Below, one piece after another: positions 9,932-21,863 of a DNA stretch of 64,000 nucleotides; the first letter of the stretch is position 1; each line of letters begins with the position of its first letter. The notes beneath the pieces were generated by a model. It had not been told where the DNA came from. It saw only the letters and a program-made list of their open reading frames with translations, and made no database searches. The translations under genes were made by a program, and so were the position numbers. Origin of the DNA: Macrostomum lignano (taxonomy: Eukaryota); the NCBI GenBank assembly GCA_002269645.1, contig NIVC01000284.1, forward strand, positions 1 through 64,000, in the 5' to 3' direction.

Positions 9932-11129
9932 CACATATTTATCATTCATTTTTCACGACTTTATTTAATCAGATTTTTCAATTAAGTTCTATAAATTTGC
10001 TCTTTTAATTTTTGCACTCTGCAGTTATTCAAAATGTGTGTGTACTTCGGGTATTAGTCATTAACAATGTCACCGTCCTCGTTAAGTAACTAGAGAGAAA
10101 ACTGACAATTAAGTCAATGAATCCATTAGTATCAATGAGCCGATGGCAATTCAGCTTCGGGGCTTAATAATAGTAATATTTGCAGGAGGGCTGTGGGCCT
10201 TTGACACATCATTTTGTGACGTCAGGCAGTGTACATTCTCTCTGTGCCTTGGAGGTTGGCCCTCATGAGCGTAAATTGCACGAAAAGCCCCCAAATCTTC
10301 TCTCCACGGCTGCGCCTCAAATTAGTGTGGCCTCTCCGCGGAATCGAGCTCAGGGACGGTGGTGCGAGAGGCAAAACGCATTAGACCGTTCTGCCACTCA
10401 TCCCCAGCGTCGGGACTTAGCTGAAACTCACTCTGCGAAGAAGAGGTAGCAGAGTTTCACTTATGACACACCTGAAGTGCATATCGCTTTAGAAATTCAC
10501 TTCTCTTTGAAACATAAGAACACTTGAGAATAAGAATCATTTGGTTATCATGCTTTATTATTATAACACGTAGCTAGCAGCGTAGTGTAATTTCGTTAAT
10601 TGCTAACTGTTCTCTTAACTTGACATGGTACATGATCATATATTTCCCGACTGTGCTTTACTTACTCGCTTGAGTATTTGATTTGCCAGGTGAAGTGAAA
10701 CGAAAGCAGTGGATATATCTTGGGCTGTTTTCTGCTGCTCTTTGCCATTTGATTTGAGTAAACTAACCACTGAGTACTTACTAAGTACGCTCGTACTAAG
10801 AAATCAGTTTGTTTATTACCTTAAAATGCGATATAATACCATTATCATGAAATTCTATTAAGCAAACCTTTTTTGCCGCAGTAGTACTGACTTTTTATTT
10901 TAGCTGCGATTCATAACGTACGAAATGTGATATTATTATAATATCGTATATTACTCTTGCAGAAATTTTTTCTATTGATTTTTTAACCCCAATAAATATT
11001 AATATATTAATTTGCGTTTGAAAAAAGTTAACATTTTTCGACCATTTGTTATCAAAACGTAAATTGTTGAAATGTTTTTTTGCCTTCGCATACAGTTTAC
11101 TGTTGTGCATTCTGCACTGGCGGCACTGG

Positions 11130-11815
11130 CGTGGTGGTGCTGGTAGTGCTGGTGGTAGTGATGGTGCTGGTGCTGGTATTAGGGGTTGTGCTGGTGGTGC
11201 TAGTAATGGTGCTGGTGGTGCTGGAGGTAGTGCTGGTGGTGCTGGTGGTAGTGCTGGTGATGCTGGTGGTAGTGCTGGTGGTGTTGGTGGTTAGTGCTGG
11301 TGGTGCTGGTGGTTAGTGCTGGTGGTGCTGGTGGTAGTGCTGGTGGTGCTGGTGGTTAGTGCTGGTGGTGATGGTGGTTAGTGCTGGTGGTGCTGGTGGT
11401 TAGTGCTGGTGATGCTGGTGGTAGTGCTGGTGGTGCTGGTGGTTAGTGCTGGTGATGCTGGTGGTTAGTGCTGGTGGTGCTGGTGGTTAGTGCTGGTGGT
11501 GCTGGTGGTTAGTGCTGGTGATGCTGGTGGTTAGTGCTGGTGATGCTGGTGGTTAGTGCTGGTGATGCTGGTGGTAGTGCTGGTGGTGCTGGTGGTGCTG
11601 GTGGTTAGTGCTGGTGATGCTGGTGGTTAGTGCTGGTGGTGCTGGTGGTTAGTGCTGGTGGTGCTGGTGGTTAGTGCTGGTGATGCTCGTGGTTAGTGCT
11701 GGTGGTGCTGGTGGTTAGTGCTGGTGGTGCTGGTGGTTAGTGCTGGTGGTTAGTGCTGGTGGTGTTGGTGGCGCAGCTGGTGGTTATAGTGCTGGTGGTG
11801 CTGGTGCTGGTGCCT
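11130..11815. repeat. GGT/GCT-rich degenerate tandem repeat (about 21-22-bp unit AGTGCTGGTGGTGCTGGTGGTT)
   Basis: Directly visible periodicity. Confidence 0.93.
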
Positions 11816-12962
11816 TGCGAGCAAGTGGCGTTGGGTTCTAGCCCAGTACGGTGACGATAGCCTTTAGACCCGGCCCGTGCGGAGCTGGGCGAGAAAAAGC
11901 AGCGGCGGCTTGGCTGTTGGTCTTGTTCGGACGCGTGCCTCTGCTGGCTTTGCGGTGTGGGTTGCGCTGTGGGGGTCAGAGGCGTACGGGCGGTCAGGCT
12001 GAGCGTGCTGCCTGGAGGCTCACTGCCCAGGAGGTAATATCCAGGAGGTCGCGCCAGCTCCCGGGTTTCTTGTCAGTTGTCACTGAGCCGAAACTCGTAA
12101 TCGTTGTATTTATCTATTAATAGTTACTTATAAATATTCCATTTTTGGTGTGTGCCAGAATAATCTCAAAGCAGTTTTTCAGCATTTGCAACGACATCAG
12201 AAATATAGCAGCTCATGGCAGCTTTTCAATTACTCTGCTATTATTCTCATATCAGCTAAGACACAATCTCAGGCCGCTGCTTGTAGTCTCAGACTGAATG
12301 AGTTGATGAATGCAAGGAGGCGACGAGTAAATTAATATTCAAATCATTAGATCATCTGTGGTCTCCAGACACTTCAGCGAACATGTTTTTCAATTTTGTT
12401 TTGAAAGCCAGCTTGTCTTTAGTTAACTTCTTCTAAGCCCAGCCAGTCACGAAAAGCAAAACGTTTTGACCATAGAGCATTTCCTAAGTTTTTATTTAAA
12501 TTACCGTGTCTCATTGGAATGACAGTTAAACCCCCTTAAAGTTGCATTGCCAGGCCAGGCTGTTGTGCTATGCAAAAATTGCTGTCAATGCAAAACTCGG
12601 AAACATATCAATTGAGTCCTGTCAGTTCAATAAGCATTCTGTTTTTAGGCGTCGAATCGCGGCGCAGAGCAAAGCGTGAATTCAAACTGACAGCTCGCTA
12701 TTTCATTATTCCCAAACCAAAAGTAAAATCAAGAAAAAACTTCAAACCTAATATGAAAATATCTATAAATACGTCTTGACTCATCTAACACATGAACCAC
12801 TAGATGTACAGCAGTAGGAAAACTCCAGTCCATGGACTCAGGGCAAAAATTAAGCTAACCTTAACCTAAAAAGCATACGCGACTGTAAAAAGTTGTGTCT
12901 AGCATAAAAGTGCAATATTCGAAGGCGCAAGACAGGCAGGCTTTAGGAAAAAATTATGGATT

Positions 12963-13128
12963 GGTTGCGTACAGCTGTTCAGTCCGTGGACTGGGGGGAC
13001 GCCACACCCATCTTAAATTATCCCAGCTAATGCTGGTACCCATTTAACAGATGGGTGAACTGAAGCAATGAAGAGTTAAGTGTCTTGCTTAAGAACACAA
13101 TTCGAGTCTGGAATCGAACCCCCGACCT
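12963..13128 (-). mobile_element. tRNA-derived SINE copy, 5'-truncated at the Gypsy-2 LTR junction
   Basis: The minus strand reads GGGGGTTCGATTCC (B box) ..TGTGTTCTTAAGCAAGACACTTAAC..CATTGCTTCAGTTCACCCA, shared with the copies at 23.9 kb and 45.2 kb. Confidence 0.7.
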
Positions 13129-13285
13129 AAGGGCTAAAACACCAACAGTGTACATTCAAGTCACGATAGAGCAGAGACGTGCAAAGAGCGTGAGACCAGA
13201 CACAGGGCGCACGCACAGGGTTAAAATCACAAACGATACGCAGAGTAAAAGCGCACGCCCAACCCCCCAGGCACCAGGCCCAACA
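13129..13285 (-). repeat. 3' LTR remnant of Gypsy-2
   Basis: On the minus strand it begins TGTTGGGCC right after the purine tract GCGGGGGGCAG. It shares about 80 bp with the other LTR. Confidence 0.8.
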
Positions 13286-13603
13286 CTGCCCCCCGCAAAA
13301 GCAAACGAAGACTGAAACCAGTAGAAAAAAATCAGAGTCAAGTACAGTCACAAAGAGTCACTAGTCTTTATAGCAGACCGGCTGGCGCGGCCGAAGCTCG
13401 TACGGTTCCCTCCGGCCGCTGGTCAGGGGCGCTGCCGTTGGTTCCGGATCAGAGAGTTGCTCAACCTTGGCGTCAGGAAGCTGCTCCCGCAACTCCGACT
13501 CAGGTTCGGCCCCCTAAAGCGACCCAGGCGCACTCATCCGGCCGGTTCACTGATTCGAGTGCGCCATGCAGCCGCAGGCCGCCGTCCGATTGGTCCGCAG
13601 GGG

Positions 13604-15957
13604 CTACCAGCGCCGTGTTCGGCCCTGCTGCACCACGTACTTGGCCGGAACCGGCGAGCATCCCGGACGCATCCTCAGCAAGATTGGATCGCCCACCTGC
13701 TCAGTCATGTTTAGGCGACGACCCCACATCAGAATGTCCGGAGATGCCGCTCGATTTCCACTGGGCCGGCTGGTCCTGATCGTCAGCAGCAGTTTCTGCA
13801 GAAAGTGGTCGAACGGCACCATTATTGTCCACGCCTTGAGTCCATCCTTGATGATCCTCACCAGCCTTTTTGTCTGACCGTTCGAGACCGGATGGAGTGT
13901 GCAGCTCCTGGAACCCGATGCTGTGCAGCCACTGGGACACTCTCTCTGACTTGAACTCCGGCGCATTGTCCGACATCAGCGTCCGAGGCACTCCGTTCCT
14001 GGCGAACACCGCTCTCAGAACCCACAGGACACTGTCCGCAGTTCGGTCTGGCACCTGGATGGCCTCAGGCCACCCCGAGTAGGAGTCCGACAGCAGCAGT
14101 AGCAGGCCGACTCCAGATATCTCACAATGGTCCATGTGAACCGGGGACCACGGCTCACTCTCTGCTGGCCAGGTGTCGATTCTCCGCTGCAGGACTGGCC
14201 GAGTTTCTGAGCACTGCTGGCAGCGCTCCACAAAGCTGCGAACATCGCGATCGAGACCCGGCCACCAGAACTCCTTGGAGATGTGCGCCTTGGTGTTGTC
14301 GGCACTCGGATGCACCTCGTCGTGCGCCACCTCCAGAATGCGCCTGCGGAGATCAGGTGGCGGCACAATTCTGGTTCCGTGGATCACCAGACCATCTTCC
14401 ACCGACAGCGCCTCCCGGCACGCTTTGTACGGCCTCTCCACCTTCGACACCTGGCCCCACCGGCCCGTTCGGATCCTCTGCTGCAGCCGCTTCATCAACG
14501 CGCACATCCTGGTTCCGTCACGAAGATCCTGCAGAGTCATCAGAGCTCCTTCTGACACGACCTCTTCATACTCCAGCTGGTGCACAGCGTCACTCGGAGG
14601 GTCTTGGGCAGCAAAACTCAAAGGAGACAAGGCATCCGCATCCACCATCAGTCTTCCTGGCACATACTCCACCTCGTAGTCAAAAGCAGATAGTCGCAGT
14701 GCCCAGCGAGTTAGTCTTGCCGACACTGTTTTAGGAAGATCCTTGCTGGGATTGAAGATGTACTTCAGTGGTTCGTGGTCAGTCTGCAGCGTGAACCTCT
14801 TCCCCAGAAGCATCTTGTGGGCTCGCTCCACCGCCCAAACAATGGCCAGTGCCTCCCTCTCAATGTTGGAGTAATTGGCCTCAGACTTGGTCAGCGCCCG
14901 AGAGAGGTACATGACTGGGTGTCCTGACTGCACCAGCACAGCGCCCAGCGACTGCTCGCTAGCATCCACCCGCAGACACACCGGCGAGTTGACGTCAAAC
15001 GGTTTCACACACGGATTCGAGCTCAGGCTCTGCTTCACATTGGTGAACGCTGCCTCGGCAGCCGCACTCCAGTCAAACACACGGTCCGCTCGACGAAGTT
15101 CCTGCAGAGGCCGACACTTCTCAGCAAAGTTGGGAACCAATCGACCGTAGAACTGCGCAAGTCCCAGAAACCGCTCGAGATCCTTCTTGCTTTTCGGAGC
15201 CTCCACATCCTGAATCTTCTGCACCATTCCCGGATCCGGCTTGATCCCCTCTTCATCGATGATGTGGCCCAGGAACTTCAAGATAATTGGCCTCCAAAAT
15301 GCACTTCGCTTCGTTGATTTTCCCATTAGCCGTCCTCAGCTTGTCCAGCACCTTCTCTCTGATATTCTGCAGCTCCGCTTTCGACACCGCTCCCATGAGT
15401 ACATCGTCCTGGTGCACGATGACACTTGGGTGCTCACCCAGCAGCGAGCTGAGCAGATCCCGGCCGAGCAACCCGAACTTCTGCTCGCATTCGATGACGG
15501 GCAGCTCCGCCGCAGCGAAGCGGCCATCAGGGCCGCCAGTCTCCACCAGGCACTCCAGGATGCCGAGCTGCTTCATTACGTGCCCGTCGTTGGCCAGCAT
15601 CCGAGACTTGGGCGACTTCAGGGGCGGCCTGCCGAGTTCTTCCCAGATCTTTCTCGAGATCAGTGAGCACGAGGCTCCGCTGTCCTTTTCCATTTTGACC
15701 TGCCTTCTGTTGATTTTCACATCACAGAATGCAGCACGGGTGCCCGCACCGCAGTAGAAAACCGGCTCGTCTCTGGTCACGGCTGAGTCAGAGTGCTTGG
15801 ATTCTTTGGGTGCGACAAAGTGGGTCCTGGCACTCCGGCAGACCTTCGCGAAGTGGCCAGTCTTGCCGCACTTGTGGCACGTAACCTTCAGAGCCCGGCA
15901 GTCTGTCGGGTCGGCGATGTGGCGCCTGGCCGCATCGCTGGCAGCTCTGGCCTCCAC
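13604..15957 (-). pseudogene. pol: Gypsy-2 pol remnant (CCHC knuckle, protease, deleted RT, RNase H, integrase) with frameshifts
   Basis: CHKCGKTGHFAKVC; protease DSGASC; GLLGRDLL fused directly to IVHQDD; RNase H VDASEQSLG, EREALA, TDHEPL; integrase HMDHCE, DNAPEF. Spread over three frames (15253-15957, 13701-15326, 13604-13966). Confidence 0.9.
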
Positions 15958-16669
15958 TGGCCCTGGGCCTCACCATCTCCGCCGCATTCACGCTGTTGGC
16001 ACCTGCAGAACTTTCTTCTGGCACCTCCTGGCTAGCGGGCAGCGCCTGATGCACCGCCGAGTCCACTTCAGCTTGGTCGGAGGCGGTCAGTTGCCCAGAC
16101 GATAATTTGCTGACCATCTGAAGTTGCTGCACGTACTCGGTGATCTGGCTCACAGAGAGCTCTGCCGAGACTTCGCGCTCGAGGACCTTGCTCCGAACCT
16201 CCTGGTTGCTGAGACCGGCGATGAGACGCATTTTGATCAGTTTCTCAGCTGGATCGACGTTCTCGCCCTTCAGCTTCTCGAATTCGCACACCTCCGCCTG
16301 CTCTCGAAGTCGGGCAGCGAAGCCCGCAACCGTTTCGCCCTTTCCTTGGCGCATGGACATGAAAACCGCTCGCTCGGCAATCAGCAGCCTCTTCTTGGGT
16401 TCCAGAAACCGTACGAGACACTCCTTGATTTCCGCCCACTTCATCTGCGAGAGCGGTTTGGGCGCGACCAGCTGCTTCACTTTGATGAGCTGTGCCACGC
16501 CAAGGCAGCCAAGGAAGGCATCGGTCAACGCCAGATTGCCGGCTGTGTGATCAGTGCGATCGTTGTCCTTTACTCCTTTTGACCGTGCCTGGGCGTCGAA
16601 GACCTCGATCCATGCCCGCAACTCTTCAATGTTGTTGAGAGGCAGTGGGTCTCGTAGCTTTATGGACAT
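15788..16669 (-). pseudogene. gag: Gypsy-2 gag, frameshifted at the zinc knuckle
   Basis: ATG at 16669 just after the PBS. AERAVFMSMRQGKGETVAGFAARLREQAEVCEF..IKMRLIAGLSN is typical Gypsy gag. The knuckle CQRCG continues in another frame. Confidence 0.85.
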
Positions 16670-16676
16670 CTGATGA

Positions 16677-16694
16677 TTCCTGCTTGCGACGCCA
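16677..16694 (-). other. Primer-binding site, tRNA-Ser-like (TGGCGTCGCAAGCAGGAA)
   Basis: Starts with TGG 3 nt after the LTR end CCAACA and resembles the complement of tRNA-Ser 3' ends (..TCCTGTTCGTGACGCCA type, recalled). Confidence 0.7.
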
Positions 16695-16697
16695 AAA

Positions 16698-16897
16698 TGT
16701 TGGTCAGTGCAAGTGGAGAGCAAAGAGTTTGCGAGGCGAAACGAAAGTGCCAAGGGCACTGACAAACGATACGATTTATTATAAGCGAGGTTCAATAGCA
16801 GCCCCCCCCAACCCAAGGGCTAAAACACCAACAGTGTACATTCAAGTCACGATAGAGCGGAGACGTGCAAAGAGCGTGAGACCAGACAAAGGGCGCC
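16698..16897 (-). repeat. 5' LTR remnant of Gypsy-2, cut by the Harbinger left end
   Basis: Plus strand starts TGTTGGTC at 16698. Identity to the other LTR stops at the Harbinger TIR. Confidence 0.8.
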
Positions 16898-17137
16898 AGG
16901 GGCCCGTGCTATAGAATTAAGAGCTAGGAGCTAGGAGCTAGGAGTGCATGAATTCTGTGTGCTATAGATTTCAGGAGTCAAAGAGTTAGGAGCTAGGAGT
17001 TGTTCTCAAGGAGCGCAGCTGAGGAGTGAGGTGGGTCCTAGGAGTGTTGCGCAATGGTTGAGGAGTCAGAAAATTTGCGTGCTATATCAAACTCCTAAGT
17101 GCACACTCCTTAAGGAGTGTACACTGACGAACCAAGA

Positions 17138-18038
17138 ATGCAAGTCGCACAAAAGATAGCTTTTGTAAAGGCCATCGCGGCGCGCAAAGATGTGCTCTTT
17201 GGTGCATTTTCAACAACTAATAACCAAAAATAGCAAGATAGAAATGTGGAAAAATCTGATATCTGAATGTCGTCAGCAGCTCGGCTTCGATCCGAGGATA
17301 TCAGCTCGGCTTCGTGCGGGATAAGGTGTGGGGCAACATGAAGAGCAATGTGCTGGTAAGTCGAAGCTTGTACTCTTATCGCTTTATCTTTCAATGTAGA
17401 TGCAGATGTAAGACTACAGTATGAGCCAAATTGCTAGAAAATTTTATTCGAAAATGCATATCGTTGCAGAAGAATTAATTCCATACAGTATGGATTTTTA
17501 AGATTTTTTAGTGAATTTATTCCGCACTTTATAATTTACTACTTTTCATAATTTGCTCCAGATGAAGCGGGACAAGCTGAGACAGACAGGTGCCGAAGGT
17601 ACCCTTGCTGCTAAATGGACTGAACTGGAGGCCTGCATTCTTGACGTTCTTGGTCGCGACTCGCCTGCAGTTGAAGGACTAGAGATTCCAGAGAGCCCTG
17701 CTGAACAGTTGACCATGCAGCAGCAACGGCAGCAACAAGAGCGACAACAAGAGCAACAGCAGCAGCAAATCAATTCAGGCTCTTCGACACAAAATCTATT
17801 GATGACTGATCGCACCGGCTGCAGTAGGACATTGAAGCGACAGCGGCAAGAACTAGAATGGGACGAGCAAGTTCGTGAGCTGAAGCTGATGAAATTACGA
17901 ATGGAACTTCGGGAATCCGAACTGCGCTGCCAGAAGCTCGAATTAGAGACAGAAAAGCTGCGGCGCGAATTGCATCAGCCCAAAGATATCGATGACGAGG
18001 AGGCTGGGAATTTGGCTGCGAGCCTATTTTTGAGTTAA
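17138..18038 (+). pseudogene. Harbinger Myb/SANT-like DNA-binding partner; exon 1 17138-17355 (two frameshifts), exon 2 17562-18038
   Basis: KDVLFGAFS..KIEMWKNL..FVRDKVWGNMKSNVL|MKRDKLRQTG..ILDVLGRDSPAVEGL. Donor CTG|GTAAGT and acceptor CTCCAG|ATG, both phase 0. Exon 1 needs two single-base corrections. Confidence 0.75.
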
Positions 18039-18630
18039 GAAAGACTAAATGACTAAAGAAGTGACGCTTTTGGTCTTGAAATGATAGTTCTGCTCTTAAT
18101 TTGCAGTTTCTGATTTTCTTGAAGGCATTTTTCATAGCTGCTGTTCTGTCAAGATTTTGCTCTTCTGGAATAAAATAATGGAGTCAAAAAACGTGTAATC
18201 CACAGTTGTACTCGTACTTGTCTGTTTTCTTGCTTTTACGAGCTAGATCGGTATACTGACCCAAGGAACAAATAAGCATAATGACTATAAATTAACCCTA
18301 AAGCTCCAGCAGCAGATAGAGTTGCGCGCTCAGTCACTTGGAAAGCAGTAGTTAGTAGCCTCAAAACATTTTCAGTTACCCGCAAATGTAGCAAAAAGAT
18401 CGAAGCAGGGAGTTTTGCTGGAAAAGGCAAATACGTAACTGAAACTGCACACTGCTGTGCTTCTCACGTTCTAAAATAGTTTTTTTTGGTGTACGAGTAA
18501 GGTGCTTATGTTTATCTTATCGTGCGCTGTGCACCGCTACAATAACATAAGAAGGTCGAGTGGAGTTGAACAGAGGGAGAGGGGAGAGAGGAAAGTGGAT
18601 AGATGTTCTAATGTTCAAACGTCTAAATGT

Positions 18631-19764
18631 TCAAAACAACATTACTAGTTGCTCCCGGCGACCATTGTTGTTGACAATGATTTCATCTGCTGCTGCGTCC
18701 TCATTGTTTTCAGGCTCCAGTAAGTTCATGATTACAGCTGGGTCGAGTTCAAGCTGCCATTGTTCGAGGGCCAGATTGTGAAGAACCACACAGCACCGAA
18801 AAATATTTGCCGCAAAGACGGGCTGCACTTGAAGGGGTCGCAGAAGGCAACGAAATCGCTGCTTCAGAACTCCAATAGTGCACTCGACTATATTTCTCGT
18901 CGCCTTGTGCGCATTGTTGAACCTTTGCTCTTGATCAGTCTGAGGATTCAGTAGAGGCGTAATGAGATATTCGTCATTCCAATATCCAGAGTCTGCCAAT
19001 AGCACAGCCCCGGGAAAGGGTCGCCATCCAGCTCTGAGCCTTTGGGCCAGATGTGAATTTCGTAGAACTCTGACGTCACTAACTGCACCGGGCCACCTTG
19101 CAGACGCAAAATAGATCTTGAAATCCGGCCCACAGACAACCATGGCGTTGAGAGAGTGGCGACCATGTCGGTTGACGAATTGCTCTTCGTTGTTGAAAGG
19201 ACGGAAAAGGTCGATGTGGGTGCCATCTACACAGCCGAAGACGCATGGAAAGTTTGCTGAAGTGTGCAGTAGGAATCATGTTCGAAACAATTAATTTTAA
19301 GTCTCAAACACGGAATGAATGCACTTCGTTTCGGAAAATAAGAGGTCCTACCTACCTCGATTTCTAAATCCTTCAACGACAGCGCCAAAATCAATTGGAA
19401 AGTCAACCACTTCGAAATACAAAATCTCGTTCACAGCATTGACGAAGCGATGAAGTGTAGAAAATACTGTACTTTTCGAGACTCCATGCGCGTCTCCAAT
19501 CGTTCTGTAATCTGCTCCCGTGGCCAGAAACCGAATTGAAAGTCGCACCTGCTGCTCGGCGCTCAAAGCATAGTTGCAGCGTGTCCGGTGCGCAATTCGA
19601 TCTCGAATTCGGTTTGTTAGGTTTGCAAGCTGATTCTCGTTCAGCCGAAAACGCGAAGCAGTTAGAAAGTCGTCGAGGAAATTTATCCGATCCTTAAATT
19701 GTCGAGGTCGTCGATTATTGGCTCTTCCTTCATCTCCTGAATCGGTTTCGCTGTCGGAAAGCAT
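18631..19764 (-). CDS. Harbinger/HARBI1-like DDE transposase; exons 19764-19356 and 19256-18631, about 344 aa, intact
   Basis: Donor CGAG|GTAGGT and acceptor TTCAG|CA (phase 1) give FLATG..GVSKSTV..GCVDGTHI..WPGAVSDVRV..LLADSGY..HKATRNIVECTIGVLKQRFRCL with no stops. Confidence 0.92.
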
Positions 19765-20497
19765 CACTCCTAGCAGTTCTAAGACTGACTACCCGGCCCT
19801 TGATCTTTTGACTAGGAGCTAGGAGCTAGGAGTAAAATTCTCTCCTTCTATAGGACACACCCTCCTAGAAATCACTCCTAAAGGCCGACTCCTAACTCCT
19901 TGCTCCTAGATGTTACTCCTAATTCTATAGCACGCTGTACACCTTAATTAGCTCTCCTAAATTCAATTAGGAGCCTCCCTGACTCCTTAAGGAGTCTCCT
20001 AGCTCTTAAAATTTACTCTTGATTCTATAGCACAGAAAAGCCAGCTAGGAGCTAGGAGTTAGGACACTCTTAAGGATTTAGGAGTTAAGAGTATTCTATA
20101 GCACGGGCCCCTGCCCAACAGCGTGAACATTGGAGTTTGAAAGAAATGCTTGACAAAAAAATCAATAAATTAATCAATCTTCGGCCTTGCAATACTACTT
20201 ACTAAATCGATATTGAACATCTCTCTCTCTTTCTCTTAGCTATATCTAAAGTTGAGCGGACCGATCGATCGATCGGTAGACCGGGTTTAACGCGTATCTC
20301 GTCCTAGACGGCTGGAAACTCAAATGCCAGACTTATATATATCAATGCAGAATTTGCTATTTTAATGTTGAAAATTTAAAAGTTAAGTCTGTTAAAAAAT
20401 CAGAAAACTGTTTTCTTAACCTTCTTTGGCCACTTTGCCTGCTCTGAACTGAAAATTTGCAGCAAATTTGAGTGATTGAGCCACAACTTTTTCCAAG

Positions 20498-20749
20498 TCA
20501 GAGTCCGTGGTGTTCGATCACGACTCCCCGGAACCGGCCGAATGGACGGAGAGTCAGCGCAACCCGCCGTACGCTTACTACCTGTACTACCTGTACGCTA
20601 ACCTGGTGCCGCTGAACGCTCTGAGACGGGAGCGAGGCCTGCAACCGATCGTTCTCAGGCCGCACTGTGGCGAGGCTGGACCTGTGCATCATCTGGCAAC
20701 CGCCTTCTTGCTGGCTGACAATATTAGCCACGGCCTGCTGCTCAGAAAG
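20498..20749 (+). CDS. AMPD: AMP deaminase internal exon (acceptor at 20497 or 20501)
   Basis: [39 protein letters not shown]. Donor AAG|GTTGGC. Confidence 0.93.
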
Positions 20750-20818
20750 GTTGGCTGTGTTGCTTCTCAGTTGCTGGGCCAGGTGTATTGATAGTTTTGA
20801 TACAAATCCTTTGTTGGT

Positions 20819-21829
20819 AGCCTCCCAGATCCTCAGTTCCTGGGCCACCAGCCTCCCAGATCCTCAGTTGCTGGGCCACCAGCCTCCCAGATCCTCAGTT
20901 GCTGTGCCAGCCTCCCAGATCCTTAGTTGCTGGGCCAGCCTCCCAGATCCTCAGTTGGTGGGCCACCAGCCTCCCAGATCCTCAGTTGCTGGGCCAGCCT
21001 CTTAGATCCTCAGTTGGTGGGCCAGCCTCCCAGATCCTCAGTTGCTGGGCCAGCCTCCCAGATCCTCAGTTGCTGGGCTACCAGCCTCTCAGATCCTCAG
21101 TTGCTAGGCCAGTCTCCCAGATCCTCAGTTGCTGGGCCAGCCTCCCAGATCCTTAGTTGCTGGGCCAGCCTCCCAGATCCTCAGTTGCTGGGCCAGCCTC
21201 CCAGATCCTTAGTTGCTGGGCCAGCCTCCCAGATCCTCAGTTGCTGGGCCAGCCTCCCAGATCCTCAGTTGCTGGGCCAGCCTCCCAGATCCTCAGTTGC
21301 TGGGCCAGCCTCCCAGATCCTCAGCTGCTGGGCCAGTCTCCCAGATCCTCAGTTGCTGGGCTACCAGTCTCCCAGATCCTCAGTTGGTAAGCCACCTCCC
21401 AGATCCTCAATTGCTGGACCAGCCTCCCAGATCCTCAGTTGCTGGGCCGCCAGCCTCCCAGATCCTCAGTTGCTGGGCCGCCAGCCTCCCAGATCCTCAG
21501 TTGCTGGACCAGACTCCCAGATCCTCAGTTGGTGGGCCACCAGCCTCCCAGATCCTTAGTTGCTGGTCCAGCCTCCCAGATCCTTAGTTGCTAGCCAGCC
21601 TCCCAGATCCTTAGTTGCTGGACCAGCCTCCCAGATCCTCAGTTGGTGGGCCAGCCTCCCAGATCCTCAGTTGCTGGGCCGCCAGCCTCCCAGATCCTCA
21701 GTTGCTGGGCCAGCCTCCCAGATCCTCAGTTGGTAAGCCACCTCCCAGATCCTCAGTTGCTGGACCAGCCTCCCAGATCCTCAGTTGCTGGACCAGCCTC
21801 CCAGATCCCCAGTTGCTGGGCCAGCCTCC
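20819..21829. repeat. About 28-bp minisatellite (CCCAGATCCTCAGTTGCTGGGCCAGCCT) filling the AMPD intron
   Basis: Direct periodicity; source of several spurious ORFs. Confidence 0.96.
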
Positions 21830-21863
21830 CACGTTACAACTTTCGCCCCCCTCTCGCCCGCAG

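Larger units (their letters stand above)
13129..16897 (-). mobile_element. Decayed Ty3/Gypsy LTR retrotransposon 2 with both LTRs clipped at their outer ends
   Basis: An 80-bp direct repeat links 13129-13210 and 16815-16896. LTR termini TGTTGG..CCAACA are inferred at 13285 and 16698. PPT at 13286-13296 and PBS at 16677-16694. gag and pol remnants lie between. Confidence 0.9.
16898..20112. mobile_element. PIF/Harbinger DNA transposon (two-gene, convergent)
   Basis: Perfect TIR AGGGGCCCGTGCTATAGAAT (16898-16917) / ATTCTATAGCACGGGCCCCT (20093-20112). Subterminal TAGGAGC/CTCCTA repeats at both ends. Transposase and Myb/SANT partner inside. Confidence 0.95.

Noticed and set aside
11046-11316. Gly/Ala-rich or Val/Leu-rich ORFs
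   Set aside because: Edge of the GGT/GCT repeat; frames break repeatedly.
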